From: Octopus sinensis
Lineage: Eukaryota
Assembly (NCBI RefSeq): GCF_006345805.1
Contig: NW_021836542.1
Span: 1-23,727, forward strand
Direction of reading: 5' to 3'
DNA: 23,727 nucleotides
A program made the position numbers and the translations under genes. Of the stretch, positions 1-11,309 are shown piece after piece; position 1 is the first letter of the stretch; each line of letters opens with the position of its first letter. The notes beneath the pieces were generated by a model, which made no database searches, was not told where the DNA came from, and saw only the letters and a program-made list of their open reading frames with translations.

Positions 1-4
1 CACA

Positions 5-30
5 TCGGACACAAGTCCTTCATCAGAAAA
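5..30 (-). ncRNA. Degenerate or edge-truncated hammerhead ribozyme-like motif
   Basis: Minus strand reads CTGATGA-A-GGAC-TTGT-GTCC-GA(TGTG): 5' core box plus a perfect 4-bp stem II. The GAAA box is broken and the rest lies outside the window. Confidence 0.4.
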
Positions 31-516
31 GATAAATGAATGAGAAAAGGTGGCTGAAAATTTATTTTAAAGTGTTTAAGGGTAAGTTGAATATGCCAAA
101 ACATTTCTTTGTGGTACTCACTTCACACTTCTTGCACTCTTGTATCATTTAAAAGAACACAAAGGACTGCAAAAACTTTAATTCCGTCTCTTAGAAATTT
201 AGGCCACGACCATCGTACTTTCCCAATTCTATCAAATTTCAGTTTACGTAGTTTGTGCAAGATGATGAACTTTGTTGAGATCCTACGCAAAATAGCACAA
301 CCCTATCATTAAGCAATCAAAATGCTCTCAAGTTTAGGCAAAACAGCTTCAAAAGCAGATGGTATTCCTGATGAGAGCCAGCTAGTATGTTATTACACTC
401 TAAGAACTTGTGCCTTTATCTCTTGGTAATCACTTCTATGACTGAAGTATTATGTCCAATCAGACAGGACTGTAATATTCGGTCATCTGTTCTGCATTCT
501 AACTTATGGCTTGATC

Positions 517-777
517 ATGGTATGCTATTTCGTTTTTGGATTTGGTTTGTAAGATTCTTTATATGAGTTCTTGTTTTGAAGCATATTCTGTTGTGTCTGG
601 GGAGAGTCATTTTCTTTTTGTACCTTATAATGTAACACAATCATCGGTAAAATTTCCACTTATTTTTATTTTTATTTTCCTATAAGAAATAAGTGGAAAC
701 TTTACCGGTGAGTGTGTTACATTATAAGGCACAACAAGAAAATTACTCTCCCCAGACACACCAGAATGGTATGCTAT
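517..777. mobile_element. Fold-back insertion (~80-bp inverted arms) flanked by a 12-bp direct repeat
   Basis: Arm 585-665 is the reverse complement of 687-767 with few mismatches. ATGGTATGCTAT occurs at 517-528 and 766-777. Confidence 0.8.
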
Positions 778-1651
778 GCTTTTTATACTAAGAGGTTTTG
801 AAGCTTTTGATTTGGAATATAACTAATGTGGCTTTGTTGGAGTAGTTTTGTCTAAATTGTTTTACACACGCACAAAGACACAAACACACACCACACACAC
901 ACACGTAATATTTCTTTGTATGTACAGAACACACAACAGCATTACCCAAGGTCAGATAAACAATCTTGTTGATTCGGATACTTCCTTGTAAGTACAAGGC
1001 TTTCGCGGTTTTTCTATATCAAGCTAATTATCACTGGATGATGTCTAACATAGTTTGGTTCTTGTGAGCACATGACAGGATCACTAATTGCCAAGCACTA
1101 CTCGTCGCCTGGATCGACTACTTCAGGGAGGGCATTTTCAAAATATTGCGCAAAGATAGGAGATTCCTTATTTTAAGAATGTCACTAAAAATGTTTAAAA
1201 ATAGTGGTATTGTTATGTCGCACGTTCGGATGACCGCTACTCCAGACGTCTAGGCTTCTCCCTCTATGTGTACGTATTGGGCTAGCCTACTTTACCGTTT
1301 GGGGGCGTCCACACAACAGGTGTTTAGCTTCATACAACTCTCAGTAGAAGTTTTTGGAACTTTTGAACAAATGACATGCGATTATATTTGTAAGCAGTGA
1401 AAAAACAATTCAGACACAATTTAAAAGGTCAAAATTGAGCTTTTAATATTTATTGATTGAAAATTATGAAGTAGTATTAGTAGGTAATGGTTTGAACTTA
1501 TCTAGAAGAGAGCATTGCATCTGAAGGACGATGATAGATATATTATCTTATTAAATTATTCTAGTGACCGTTGCAATATATGGGATTTCTCGGAGAGACA
1601 AAATCGACAGCAACTTCCATAAACATTTCGACACATCTATGAAACTCAAAA

Positions 1652-1882
1652 GGCGGCAGCTGGCAGAAACGTTAGCGCGCCGGGCGAAATGCTTAACGGT
1701 ATTTCGTCTGCCATTACGTTCTGAGTTCAAATTCCGCCGAGGTCGACTTTGCCTTTCATCCTTTCGGGGTCGATAGATTAAGTACTAGTTACGCACTGGA
1801 GTCGATATAATCGATTTAATCCGTTTGTCTGTCTTTGTTTGTCCCCTCTATGTTTAGCTCCTTGAGGGCAATAAGGAAATAA
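1652..1882 (+). mobile_element. tRNA-derived SINE, family B (tentatively Meta-domain-like centre), near full length
   Basis: A-box-like TGGCAGAAACG, B-box GTTCAAATTCC and central GCCTTTCATCCTTTCGGGGTCGAT. Very similar to the reverse complement of 7165-7392. Confidence 0.9.
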
Positions 1883-2295
1883 GAAGTTTGCTTCCCAACA
1901 ATATGGTTCCGGGTTCAGTCCCACTGTGTTGCACCTTGTGCACTGTCTCTCACACACACACATGGTTTCGAGTTGAGTCTCACTGCGCAGCATATTAGGC
2001 AAGTGCCTTCTACAACACCATTGGGCCGACCAGTGCCTTGTGAATGAATTTGGCCCACGAAAACTAGAAAGCATGTCGTACGTATATGTGTGTGGAAAAT
2101 GTTTGTGTGTGTTTTTCCTTCCACCACTTGACAAGTTTTGGTTTGTTTACGTCCAACTGGCTTAGCAGTCGCGACAAAAGAGCCAGACACAATAAGAATC
2201 AGATTTAAGCATTAATTATTGAGGTCAATTTGGTCGACTAAACAACTTAAGACAATGCTCCAGCAGGTCGGATTCCTATGAATGGTACAAAGAAA
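1883..2295 (+). mobile_element. SINE family A, diverged copy with a duplicated head segment
   Basis: Aligns by eye to 19656-20022 and 23032-23490. The B-box segment occurs twice (about 1900-1945 and 1960-2005). Confidence 0.75.
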
Positions 2296-3027
2296 AGAAA
2301 GAAAGCGATAAAATTCAGTCACAATAAGTAGTCTTTAGAAAATACTAATGTCTGATTGTTTTAGACTCGCAGATGTGAGTACCAAATTCAAAAATCCCAC
2401 GACCAACAATTCATTAACAATATTTCTTAAATTTTGTTGTCAACTTACATAAAACATAACTTTATCATGTTACAGACCAATTTTGTCGTTTACATTTTTG
2501 TGCTGTGGATAGTTTGTGATTATTTGATACAAATTACTTTATTATACGATGAGTATAACACATTCAAAACGTTGAGAAGAAGAGTATCTTTGTATATTTA
2601 CATTTGAGCTAAAGAGAGTTTATTTTGAAAAAAAAAAACACAAAAACTAGATAAATCGATTTAACTGGACGGAAGTATGTCCGTCACTTAAAATTTACAT
2701 GTAGCAATTAAAGGTTGCTTCGGAATACACTAATATCATGTATATCTATCGAAATTATATGTATAATTATATTTGTGTGTGTGTGGACATATTTAGGTAT
2801 GTGTGTGTTGGTATGTATTCAAATGCATGTAGGTGTGTATATATATACGTGGGTGCTGTGTAATTCTGTGCGTGTGTACTGTCTTACATTTAAATCTAAA
2901 AACATTTTCAAATATGAAAATAAAATAAACACTCACCAACATACACACAAATATGTAGGTGTGTGTGTATATATGCAGATATATATAATATATATATATG
3001 TATGTATGTACACTATACATAATCACG

Positions 3028-3344
<317 letters not shown>

Positions 3345-3652
3345 ATTAGGAAGTTTGAGAGGGTAAAAAGAGAGTGGCACAAGCTTGTAAAACAGTGAGG
3401 CAGAGATAGTAATTGAGTTGGAGAGCGTGGAGCGGTATTATGAGATCGTTAAAGAAATATAAGTATATATATGTATATATATGTATATATATGTATAACT
3501 ATAACAAACTAGAATATAGAAGAAAAAAAATATGTTGTTGGCTGTTTTTGATGGGGAAAATATTTAAGATTTAATGGATAAATATGCAAAAGGCTGGTAG
3601 GGGGACATTCGCATATGACAAATCGATAGATAATCAGATTGATTGATGTGTG

Positions 3653-3692
<40 letters not shown>

Positions 3693-4299
3693 CTAAATAG
3701 CTGGTTGTTGAAAATGATTGCTGGTAGATAACTTAGGTACAATTTATCTCTGTAAATTCACTGATAGACACATGTATGTGTATATATATATAAATATATT
3801 TTTTGCATGTTTCTGTGTATGTTTTATGTATCTGTGCATGATGTAATTATTAGTGGGATGTTTTGCTGTTGCAAGAGTGAATTACTAAATGAAACTCTGT
3901 GTGTACGTGTGTGTGTGTGTGTGAGTGTGTGTATGTGTGTTTGTGTGTGCACGTACATGTGCTTATGTTGTTTTAATGTCTGTCGTTCCATCTCTCAATT
4001 TGTCTATCTAACTTCTACATCTTGACGAGTTACATAGTCAATGAAGTCGTATTTGGAGGTTGAACAGCATATGTGTATATGAATATATACACGCAAACAT
4101 ACATATACACACATATATCTATGCATATGTGTGAGCGTGTGTCTGTGCGTATATATGTTATATACATATATGTATATATAAATATATATATATAGGTAAT
4201 GTAGATGCAGATTATATGTATGCATATATATATATATCGATTAATCATTTTATATAATCGATCTCTATATATATATATCTATATGTCCGTTTATCTTTC

Positions 4300-4895
4300 T
4301 ATCTGTCTACCTATCTGTCTATCTATCTATCTATGTATTTATCTATCTACCTAACTGTCTTTCCATTTTTCTCTCCTTTTTCTTATTCAATCTTCGAAAA
4401 GAAAAGCTCTACATTTGTATTTGTCCCCTCTGTGTTCAGCCTTCTGTGGCCAATAAAGAAAGTTATCTATCTACCCACCTATCTACGTACGTACGTACGT
4501 ACATACCTACCTACCTACATACCTACATACCTACGTAGTACGTACGTACGTACACTACCTACCCTCCTACGTACGTACCTACCTACTACTACTTACCTAC
4601 TACGTACGTACCTACCTAACTACCTAACCTACCCCTATCATCTCTATCTATCTATCTACTTACCTTACCTACCTATCAAGTATCTATCTATCTACCTATC
4701 TATTACCTAACTTACCTACCTACCTATCTATCTATCTATCTATCTATCTACCTCTCTATCTAATATTCTATATATATTATATATATATTTTTATATATAT
4801 ATATAGATATATATATTATTACCTATCTATCTAATCTACCTATCTACCTATCTCTCTCTTTCTCTATCTATCTATCTATCTATCTATCTACCTAT
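4300..4895. repeat. Compound (TATC)n/(TACC)n/(TACG)n/(TA)n microsatellite
   Basis: Directly visible, with many imperfect units. Confidence 0.95.
4415..4462 (+). mobile_element. SINE family B 3' tail fragment
   Basis: TTTGTCCCCTCTGTGTTCAGCCTTCTGTGGCCAATAAAGAAA matches the tail at about 1838-1880. Confidence 0.7.
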
Positions 4896-5091
4896 CTCAT
4901 AAAAATAGTTACCGTATGCCTATATACTTACATAAGTGTATAAACCTATATTAACAAAACAGCTGAAAATGACAAACGTACAAGCAAAATACACACATAC
5001 AATCATGCGTATAATTTGCAATCTTACAATAATACATAGATTGTGCGCTTATGCGTATGCATGGGTATGTAGACGTGTGTATATGACACTC

Positions 5092-5179
5092 TGTGTGTGT
5101 GTGTGTGTGTGTGTTGAGTGTGTGTGTATGTGTGGTGTGTGTGTGTGTGTATGTGTGGTGTGTGTGTGTGTGTGTGTGT
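5092..5179. repeat. (TG)n microsatellite
   Basis: Directly visible. Confidence 0.95.
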
Positions 5180-5380
5180 TAATGGCAGTATTGCAACTGA
5201 TATGATAATTAGAAAGGTATTAGAGTAGAAGTGGGAAAGTGTAATAATGTTGATATCAACAGTGATATGAGATTATAGAGAATGTAGATTATACAAAATG
5301 TGGCTAGATTTGGAAGAGCTATGATGGGGTGGAGGGGGAGTCGGATGAGGTAGATAGGAACAAAGAACATGATTATCATA

Positions 5381-5520
5381 CTACTGCTACTGCTGCTGCT
5401 GCCGCTGCTGCAGATGGTGCTGCTGTTGTTGGTTATACTGATGATGTTCTTACGGTTGTTGTTGTAGTTGTTACTGATGGTGATGATGTTGATGATGAGG
5501 ATGATGAGATGAGGATGATG
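5381..5520. repeat. Mixed trinucleotide repeat (GCT/GTT/GAT)
   Basis: Directly visible. It explains the poly-A/V/D ORF at 5329-5634. Confidence 0.85.
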
Positions 5521-5670
5521 AGTGTGATAACGGAACTGAAAATGGGAAGAGAATGGGAAGTTGTTATTGGGGTGTGTTATCTAAAAAGAAAAAAAAATAA
5601 CAGAAGGAAACGGGGGGGGATTTGTTTGTGGTGAGCAGATAGGCAGGCACACAGATATGTGTTAATCCTA

Positions 5671-5710
5671 TACACACGCACACAAACACACACACACACA
5701 CAACACATAC

Positions 5711-5760
<50 letters not shown>

Positions 5761-5803
5761 GATATATATATATATACACATAGATATAGAGAGAGGGAGA
5801 GAG
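5671..5803. repeat. (CA)n/(TA)n/(GA)n microsatellite
   Basis: Directly visible. Confidence 0.95.
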
Positions 5804-6072
5804 AAATGCTGATAGGTTGATAGATAGACACATAGATTGATAAGTAGGGAAGAAGAAATGATGCAAAAATTATTTCAACTGTTACTATATCATTTGTATC
5901 TCAGGGAAATAGAGGGGGGTTTGACACACACACACACACACGGACGTCTACGTGTGTTGTATATATATATGTATATGTGGGTGTGTCTGTGTGTGAGTGT
6001 GTGCATACGTATATCTATACACAAATATACATAGATAGATAAATACATACACACACACATATATTCTTACAT

Positions 6073-6242
6073 GCTTCCCTTCTCTGAATCTTTCATTTTC
6101 CTATGTTTCTGACGAAGAGCTCCGCTCGAAACGTAAAACTATCCTTCTTCCCTTCCTTCCTGGACGTCCAATAATACTATATTTGTTCCACGTCCTCGCG
6201 TTGTTTTGTTTTCTCTTGGTGGTTTCATGTTTGGATTAACTT
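6073..6242 (+). mobile_element. 170-bp hammerhead-bearing insertion (Penelope-like pLTR or retrozyme-like monomer) with a 13-bp TSD
   Basis: TATATTCTTACAT at 6060-6072 and 6243-6255 brackets a unit containing an HHR core and a T-rich tail. Confidence 0.8.
6105..6139 (+). ncRNA. Minimal type I hammerhead ribozyme
   Basis: Stem I GTTT(6105-08)/AAAC(6136-39); core CTGACGA 6109-15; extra A; stem II GAGC-TCC-GCTC; GAAAC 6128-32; GTA triplet 6133-35; loopless ACGT stem III. Confidence 0.8.
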
Positions 6243-6317
6243 TATATTCTTACATACATACATAATACATATATACATACATACATACGTACATACATAC
6301 ACGCATACATACTTAGG

Positions 6318-6685
6318 CATTGATGCAGTACCAGGCAGTGGCTCTCATGGTTGCTGATCTTAACTGATTGGAAGTGTTATCATGTAAATTATTTTGTCTT
6401 GGTGCAAAAGATGGGCTACAGCAAATATTCTGCTCAATACCACAGATTTGCTTGTCAGTTGTTTGATCTTAACCAGTCGATCATGTCCCTTAGTGGCTGA
6501 CGATATGTGCATCTCTGATCATGAGCAGAAGTAGTGGAGGAGCATCATAACCATGTGTTGAGAGGAATTCTTTGGGATTTGAATACACCTCTGGAAACAT
6601 GGGTGTTTTGTTCATCCTCCTTAAACAACTCTTATTCAGGGACCTTTTGATCGGGATGGGTTACTTGATTCTGCCAGTACCCCGT
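6318..6685. mobile_element. Probable interspersed repeat, class unknown
   Basis: Complex block next to (CATA)n that I recall as an abundant Octopus repeat. There is no second copy in the window to confirm it. Confidence 0.45.
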
Positions 6686-7164
6686 CTTAATATTAGTAAT
6701 ATTCTGAAAAAAAAAACTACTCATATTTTGTGATTGGGATTTTTTAGTTCTCCATTTCATCAGAAAATACGAGTTCACATTGTTTAGGGAAGAGACGATT
6801 GTCTCGAGAATATAGCTGTAAGTAAAATTTCTAAGTTGTTTTTCATTTGTACAAAAGCCCTGTACGATGTTTTCATATTGACTGCTATCTTTATAAGTAA
6901 AACAACCCTAATAATTAGGAGTAGATTTATCATTCAATACCACAACACATTCACGTCTCCTATGCCCACATATATACAAGGATACATTCCCACACATGCA
7001 CAGCATCAATCTTCTTCTTCCTCCCTTCTTCCATAGAACCTTATTCATATCTGGCCCCTTATCTTTTTTGCTGCCCTCCTTTCCTTTTCATTTGGATGAA
7101 AGTCTAACGTCCAAATCGTTGAGTTTCCTAATATAATGATGAGTTCTTAATATATATATATATA

Positions 7165-7392
7165 TATTTCTTTACTACCCACAAGGGGCTAAACACAGAC
7201 GGGACAAACAAGGACAGACGAACGGATTAAGTCGATTATATCGACCCCAGTGTGTAACTGGTACTTAATTTATCGACCCCGAAAGGATGAAAGGCAAAGT
7301 CGACCTCGGCGGAATTTGAACTCGGAACGTGACGACAGACGAAATACAGCTACGCATTTCGCCCGGCGTGCTAACGTTTCTGCCAGCTCGCC
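7165..7392 (-). mobile_element. SINE family B, near full length, between (TA)n tracts
   Basis: Reverse complement of 1652-1882. ORFs 1564-1776 and 7270-7515 share the spurious peptide LAETLARRAKC...SEFKFRRGRLCLSSFRGR. Confidence 0.92.
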
Positions 7393-7419
7393 GAATATAT
7401 ATATATAGAGAGAGGAGAG

Positions 7420-7420
<1 letters not shown>

Positions 7421-7500
<80 letters not shown>

Positions 7501-7501
7501 T
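7421..7501. repeat. (GATA)n microsatellite
   Basis: Directly visible. Confidence 0.97.
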
Positions 7502-8299
7502 ATGTCTAGAATCACACCGGACGCGGAAGAAGAGAGAAAATAGTAGTTCAGTGAAGGAAAAGTAGTGAGAGTGATAGCCCTAACTGAGAGGAAATGGCCG
7601 AAAGTAATAGCAATGAAAGAAAAGAAGGGGTGATGGATGAATAAAGAAGGAAGGAGTGAAAAAAATCAACGTTTCAACTCTGTGTGAGTATATGTGTGTA
7701 TGTGTGTGCGTGTACAAGGGAAGTATGTAAATGTTTGTATGTGTGATTATTATGAGCCTTATTTTGTACCTTATTTATATATAAAATACTACAATTTAGC
7801 CGTCATTATTGACAAAACGTGGTCAGCTGGTGAATCTTATAAAACATCAAATACTAAGAAGTATATACGAGTTCCAGATGAAGAAACAAGTATTCACGTC
7901 TGCTTATACACACACACATATATACATACATATATACATACATAGAAATTTTTGTGCTTATCTGTATGTAAGTGAGTGTGTATGTGTGCATGCGTGTGTA
8001 CGATTGTGTTTAGTAACGTGAAGTGAAACGAATATTGAATGAAAAGCAGTTGACAAAGGGATGTAAGCTTTTGTTGGTACTAAGAAATGGAAGGTTATCT
8101 CATGCTGTTTTATTAACAATGAATTTGTTCTTTCCTATTTGTAGTGTTGTTTGGTAGAACCACTGGTGATGAATGTCTGGGCTTTTTTATAATGTCTTAC
8201 ATACAAACACTTACTAATATACTTATATATAAATACAAATCCTTACAGCATAATCATCAAAATACACACGTACGTACGTACATTCTTCTCCGTGTATAT

Positions 8300-8466
8300 T
8301 TATATGTATGTATTGTGTGTATGTATTGTATGTATGTATGTACGTATGTATGTATGTACGTATGTAGGTATGTACGTATGTATGTATGTGTGTATGAGTG
8401 AGTGTATGTATGTGTGTATGTATGTATGCTTGTCTATGTATGTGTGTATGTATGTATGTATGTATG
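8300..8466. repeat. (TATG)n microsatellite
   Basis: Directly visible. Confidence 0.93.
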
Positions 8467-8477
8467 CTACACACACG

Positions 8478-8880
8478 CAAGCAGAGTGGCTGTGTGGTAA
8501 GAAGATTGATTCCCAACCACATGTTTTCGAGTTCAGTCCCCCTGCGTGGCACCTTGGGCCAGTGTCTTCTACTATAGCCTCGGGCCGACCAAAGCCTTGT
8601 GAGTGAATTTCTAGACGGAAACTAAAAGAAGCCTGTCGTATATATGAATATATTTGTGTGTTTGTGTATGTATATATGTGTGTCGTTGTGTCTGTTTGTC
8701 CCCAACATCGATTGACGACCGGTGTTGGTGTGTTTATGATCCTGTACTTTAGAGAAAAATTACCAGGTTTAACAAAATATAATTACTGGGATTGATTCAT
8801 TCGACTAAAAATCGTTGAAGTCGGTGCCGCAGCATGGACGCAGTCTAATGATTGAAACAAGTAAGGAATTAAAGATAAAA
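8478..8880 (+). mobile_element. SINE family A (tRNA head, CORE-like segment, internal TA/TG tract, 3' module)
   Basis: A-box-like TGGCTGTGTGG, B-box-like GTTCAGTCCC and CACCTTGGGC.AGTGTCTT CORE-like motif. Matches the other copies. Confidence 0.9.
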
Positions 8881-8889
8881 ATATATGAA

Positions 8890-9535
8890 GCCGGTTCGAC
8901 AAGATAGGAGAAATCAGCAGAGATCTATTATGGTATCTTTGCGACTTGGAATTTGACGAAAAGTATATCAATGAGTCTTAAGGTGCCCTATGATAGTAGC
9001 TTTGCCAAAAGAAAGGAGCTGTAAGTGACTGTCATAATTAATGAGAAAGAGCTCTGTTGTGTGACCTACGCAGAGTGTTTTGCTGTGATGTCTTTACAGG
9101 CCTGAATAGCTTTTACGAGTGAAGCAAGAGGAACACGGTTGAAGAATGTTTTACAATGAGCAGATACTCACGTTACGCAACCTCATGGAATCGTTTGTAT
9201 CTGCGTTGAGTTCAAAGAACAACAATGGAAGGTAGTCCTGCTATATAGAGTACCCTATGTCAACACCATATGACAACACTTTTTCAGACGTCACGTTGCT
9301 GCTTTAAAGATCCGAAAATCCAAACATAGGGAGATTCGAGATCGTCGCAGAGGTACATGGGACGTGTACTGGCCCCCTCCGCTATCTTCGATTTTTGTTT
9401 GTAGTAAATTCTATCATGTGGAAGTCCTTCAAATGGGAACAGGGTAACACATACTCCTTGACTTTGCTGGTGATCTAGGACTCGTTAGTGCCATATCTAC
9501 TTTAATGCAAATTCCAGGCCTTGTGCCTATCGTAG
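8890..9535 (+). pseudogene. Fossil RTE-clade LINE reverse transcriptase fragment
   Basis: Hand translation across frameshifts gives colinear RT motifs: IVALP/KKGAVSDCHN (~9006), EQILTLRNLMES, GRFEIV..GRVLAP, FLFVVNSIM and LDFAGDLGLVS (9457-9489; FADD mutated to FAGD). Confidence 0.8.
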
Positions 9536-9537
9536 CA

Positions 9538-9664
9538 ATGATTATTATCATCATCATCATCATTATTATCATTATTATTATTTTCATTATTATCATTATT
9601 ATCATTATTAATATTATTATTATTATCATTATTATCATTATTAATATTATTATTATCATTATTA

Positions 9665-9710
<46 letters not shown>
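9538..9710. repeat. (ATT/ATC)n microsatellite
   Basis: Directly visible. It is the source of the poly-Ile ORFs. Confidence 0.97.
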
Positions 9711-9711
<1 letters not shown>

Positions 9712-9720
9712 AAGTTGTAA

Positions 9721-9914
9721 GGCGGTGAGTTGGCAGAATCGTTAGCAGCATTTCGTCAGTTTTTACGTTCTGAGTTCAAATTTCGCCAACGTCGACTTTG
9801 CTTTTCATCCTTTCCCGGTCGATTAAATGAGTACCAGTTGAACACTGGTGTCCATGTAATCGACTCATCTCCGCTCCCAAAATTGCTGTCCTTGTGGCAA
9901 AATTAGAAACCATT
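9721..9914 (+). mobile_element. SINE family B-related copy with an internal deletion
   Basis: GGCGGTGAGTTGGCAGAATCGTTAGC...GAGTTCAAAT...TTTCATCCTTTC...AGTACCAGTT matches 1652-1810. Confidence 0.85.
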
Positions 9915-9960
9915 TTATTGAGTTGTGTGTTTGAATTAGTTGTGCGTCGAAACAATCAGA

Positions 9961-9995
<35 letters not shown>

Positions 9996-10059
9996 TCGTC
10001 CTTGTTGTGAGTCAATGCATTTTTTACCTACACTGTGTTACGAAGGAATAATAATAATT

Positions 10060-10190
10060 AATATTTCAAATATTTGTCACAAGGGCACCTTGGGGGAGGA
10101 GATTATGTCGATTACATTAACCCCAGTGTTTCACTGGTACCTATTTTATTAACTCCGAAAGGATGAATGGCAAATTCCCCCACGGCAGGA
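10060..10190 (-). mobile_element. SINE family B-related 3' half
   Basis: CACTGGTAC and CCGAAAGGATGAATGGCAAA are reverse complements of the family B centre. Confidence 0.75.
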
Positions 10191-10303
10191 TTGACTTTGC
10201 ATTTCATACTATGGGGATCGATTAAATAAGTACCAGTTACGCACTGAGGTAGATGTTGTCGACTTAATACTATCCCTCATGCTGCCCTTGTGGCAAATAT
10301 CAA
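10191..10303 (+). mobile_element. SINE family B-related 3' half
   Basis: GACTTTGCATTTCAT...AAGTACCAGTTACGCACTG...GTCGACTTAAT matches 1745-1820. Confidence 0.75.
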
Positions 10304-10877
10304 TAACAACAACAACAACAATAATAATAATAATAAGTGCTAAATGGGATGGTCAGGGACGCTGCTGACATGCCTTTGATCAGAGTTGACACGAGGCTAA
10401 AGCAACAATAGCAGCAACTTGCTAGAAGTAATTCATCGTAGAGAGTTCAAATTTAGGTGAGGTCAACGCTAGCTTTCAAACTTCTATTAAAAAAAACCTA
10501 TCAGTTGTTGTTGTTCTAATTAAGCCTCGGGTCACCTACGACCGAGTACACCTTCAGCGAGAGGCCTTCTAGTTGTAACGATTGTGTTTCATATTCAAAG
10601 AAGGTAAACCTATGACAACGTTCACCACGTGGTCCGCATACTCGTACTTAAGCCGATGTGCACCACGTGACACATATATTTCTTCAGAGAGTACGATGCA
10701 ATTCATTTTTTTAGTCATTAGAATGTGGCCATGCTGGGGCACGGCCGCGAAGAATTTTAATGGAACTGATCCACTCCTGTACTTATATATTTTAAGACTT
10801 GTACGCTTTGACACAACCGCAGATACACACACACTCACACACACACACACAAACTCGCATACACATATTCTTTTATT

Positions 10878-11060
10878 ATTTGACTTCTTTCAGACATTTG
10901 ACTGAGGTCATGCTACGACCGCCCAGCCCCCAGGACTTATTTCTTAAGCCTAGTGCTTATTTTATTGGTCTCTTTTGGCGAACCGGTATGTTATGGGGAC
11001 ATAAACACACAAACACTAGTTATCAAACGGTGACGGGGGACAAACGCAGACACAAATAAG
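10878..11060 (-). mobile_element. SINE family A 3' module
   Basis: CCCCAGGACTTATT...AAGCCTAGTGCTTATTTTATTGGTCTCTTTTGGCGAACC matches 15001-15060. Confidence 0.8.
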
Positions 11061-11096
<36 letters not shown>

Positions 11097-11309
11097 TATG
11101 TTAAAAAAGGTTTCAAACCTCATCAAGGGCTAGCAAAATCCTATGAAAATACCGGTTAGTCACTTATACAAAGAATGTGGAAAATTACAGTTAATATTCA
11201 ACTATAAGGCAACTATATGAGCCATAGTTTACATATATTTATTAAAATACGATAAGAAAATAGATATAATACATAATTATTATTTCTTAATTAAAATATT
11301 GACAAACAT

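Noticed and set aside
368-390. CTGATGA-GAGCCAGCTAGTA as a hammerhead
   Set aside because: There is no GAAA box and no stem I partner.
2667-2720. GACGGA/TCCGTC and AGCAA/TTGCT hairpins as a Helitron end or terminator
   Set aside because: There is no downstream CTRR end or U-tract, and short stems like these arise by chance.
4480-4900. Irregular units within microsatellites as a coded pattern or CRISPR-like array
   Set aside because: There is no repeat-spacer structure. The single-base indels look like slippage or long-read consensus errors.
6497-6535. CTGACGA...GCAGAAGTAGT as a hammerhead
   Set aside because: It has GAAG instead of GAAA, and stem II is out of register.
7092-7125. TGGATGAAAGTCTAACGTCCAAATCGTT resembling the motif at 5-30
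   Set aside because: It needs about 6 substitutions to restore an HHR and cannot be distinguished from chance by eye.
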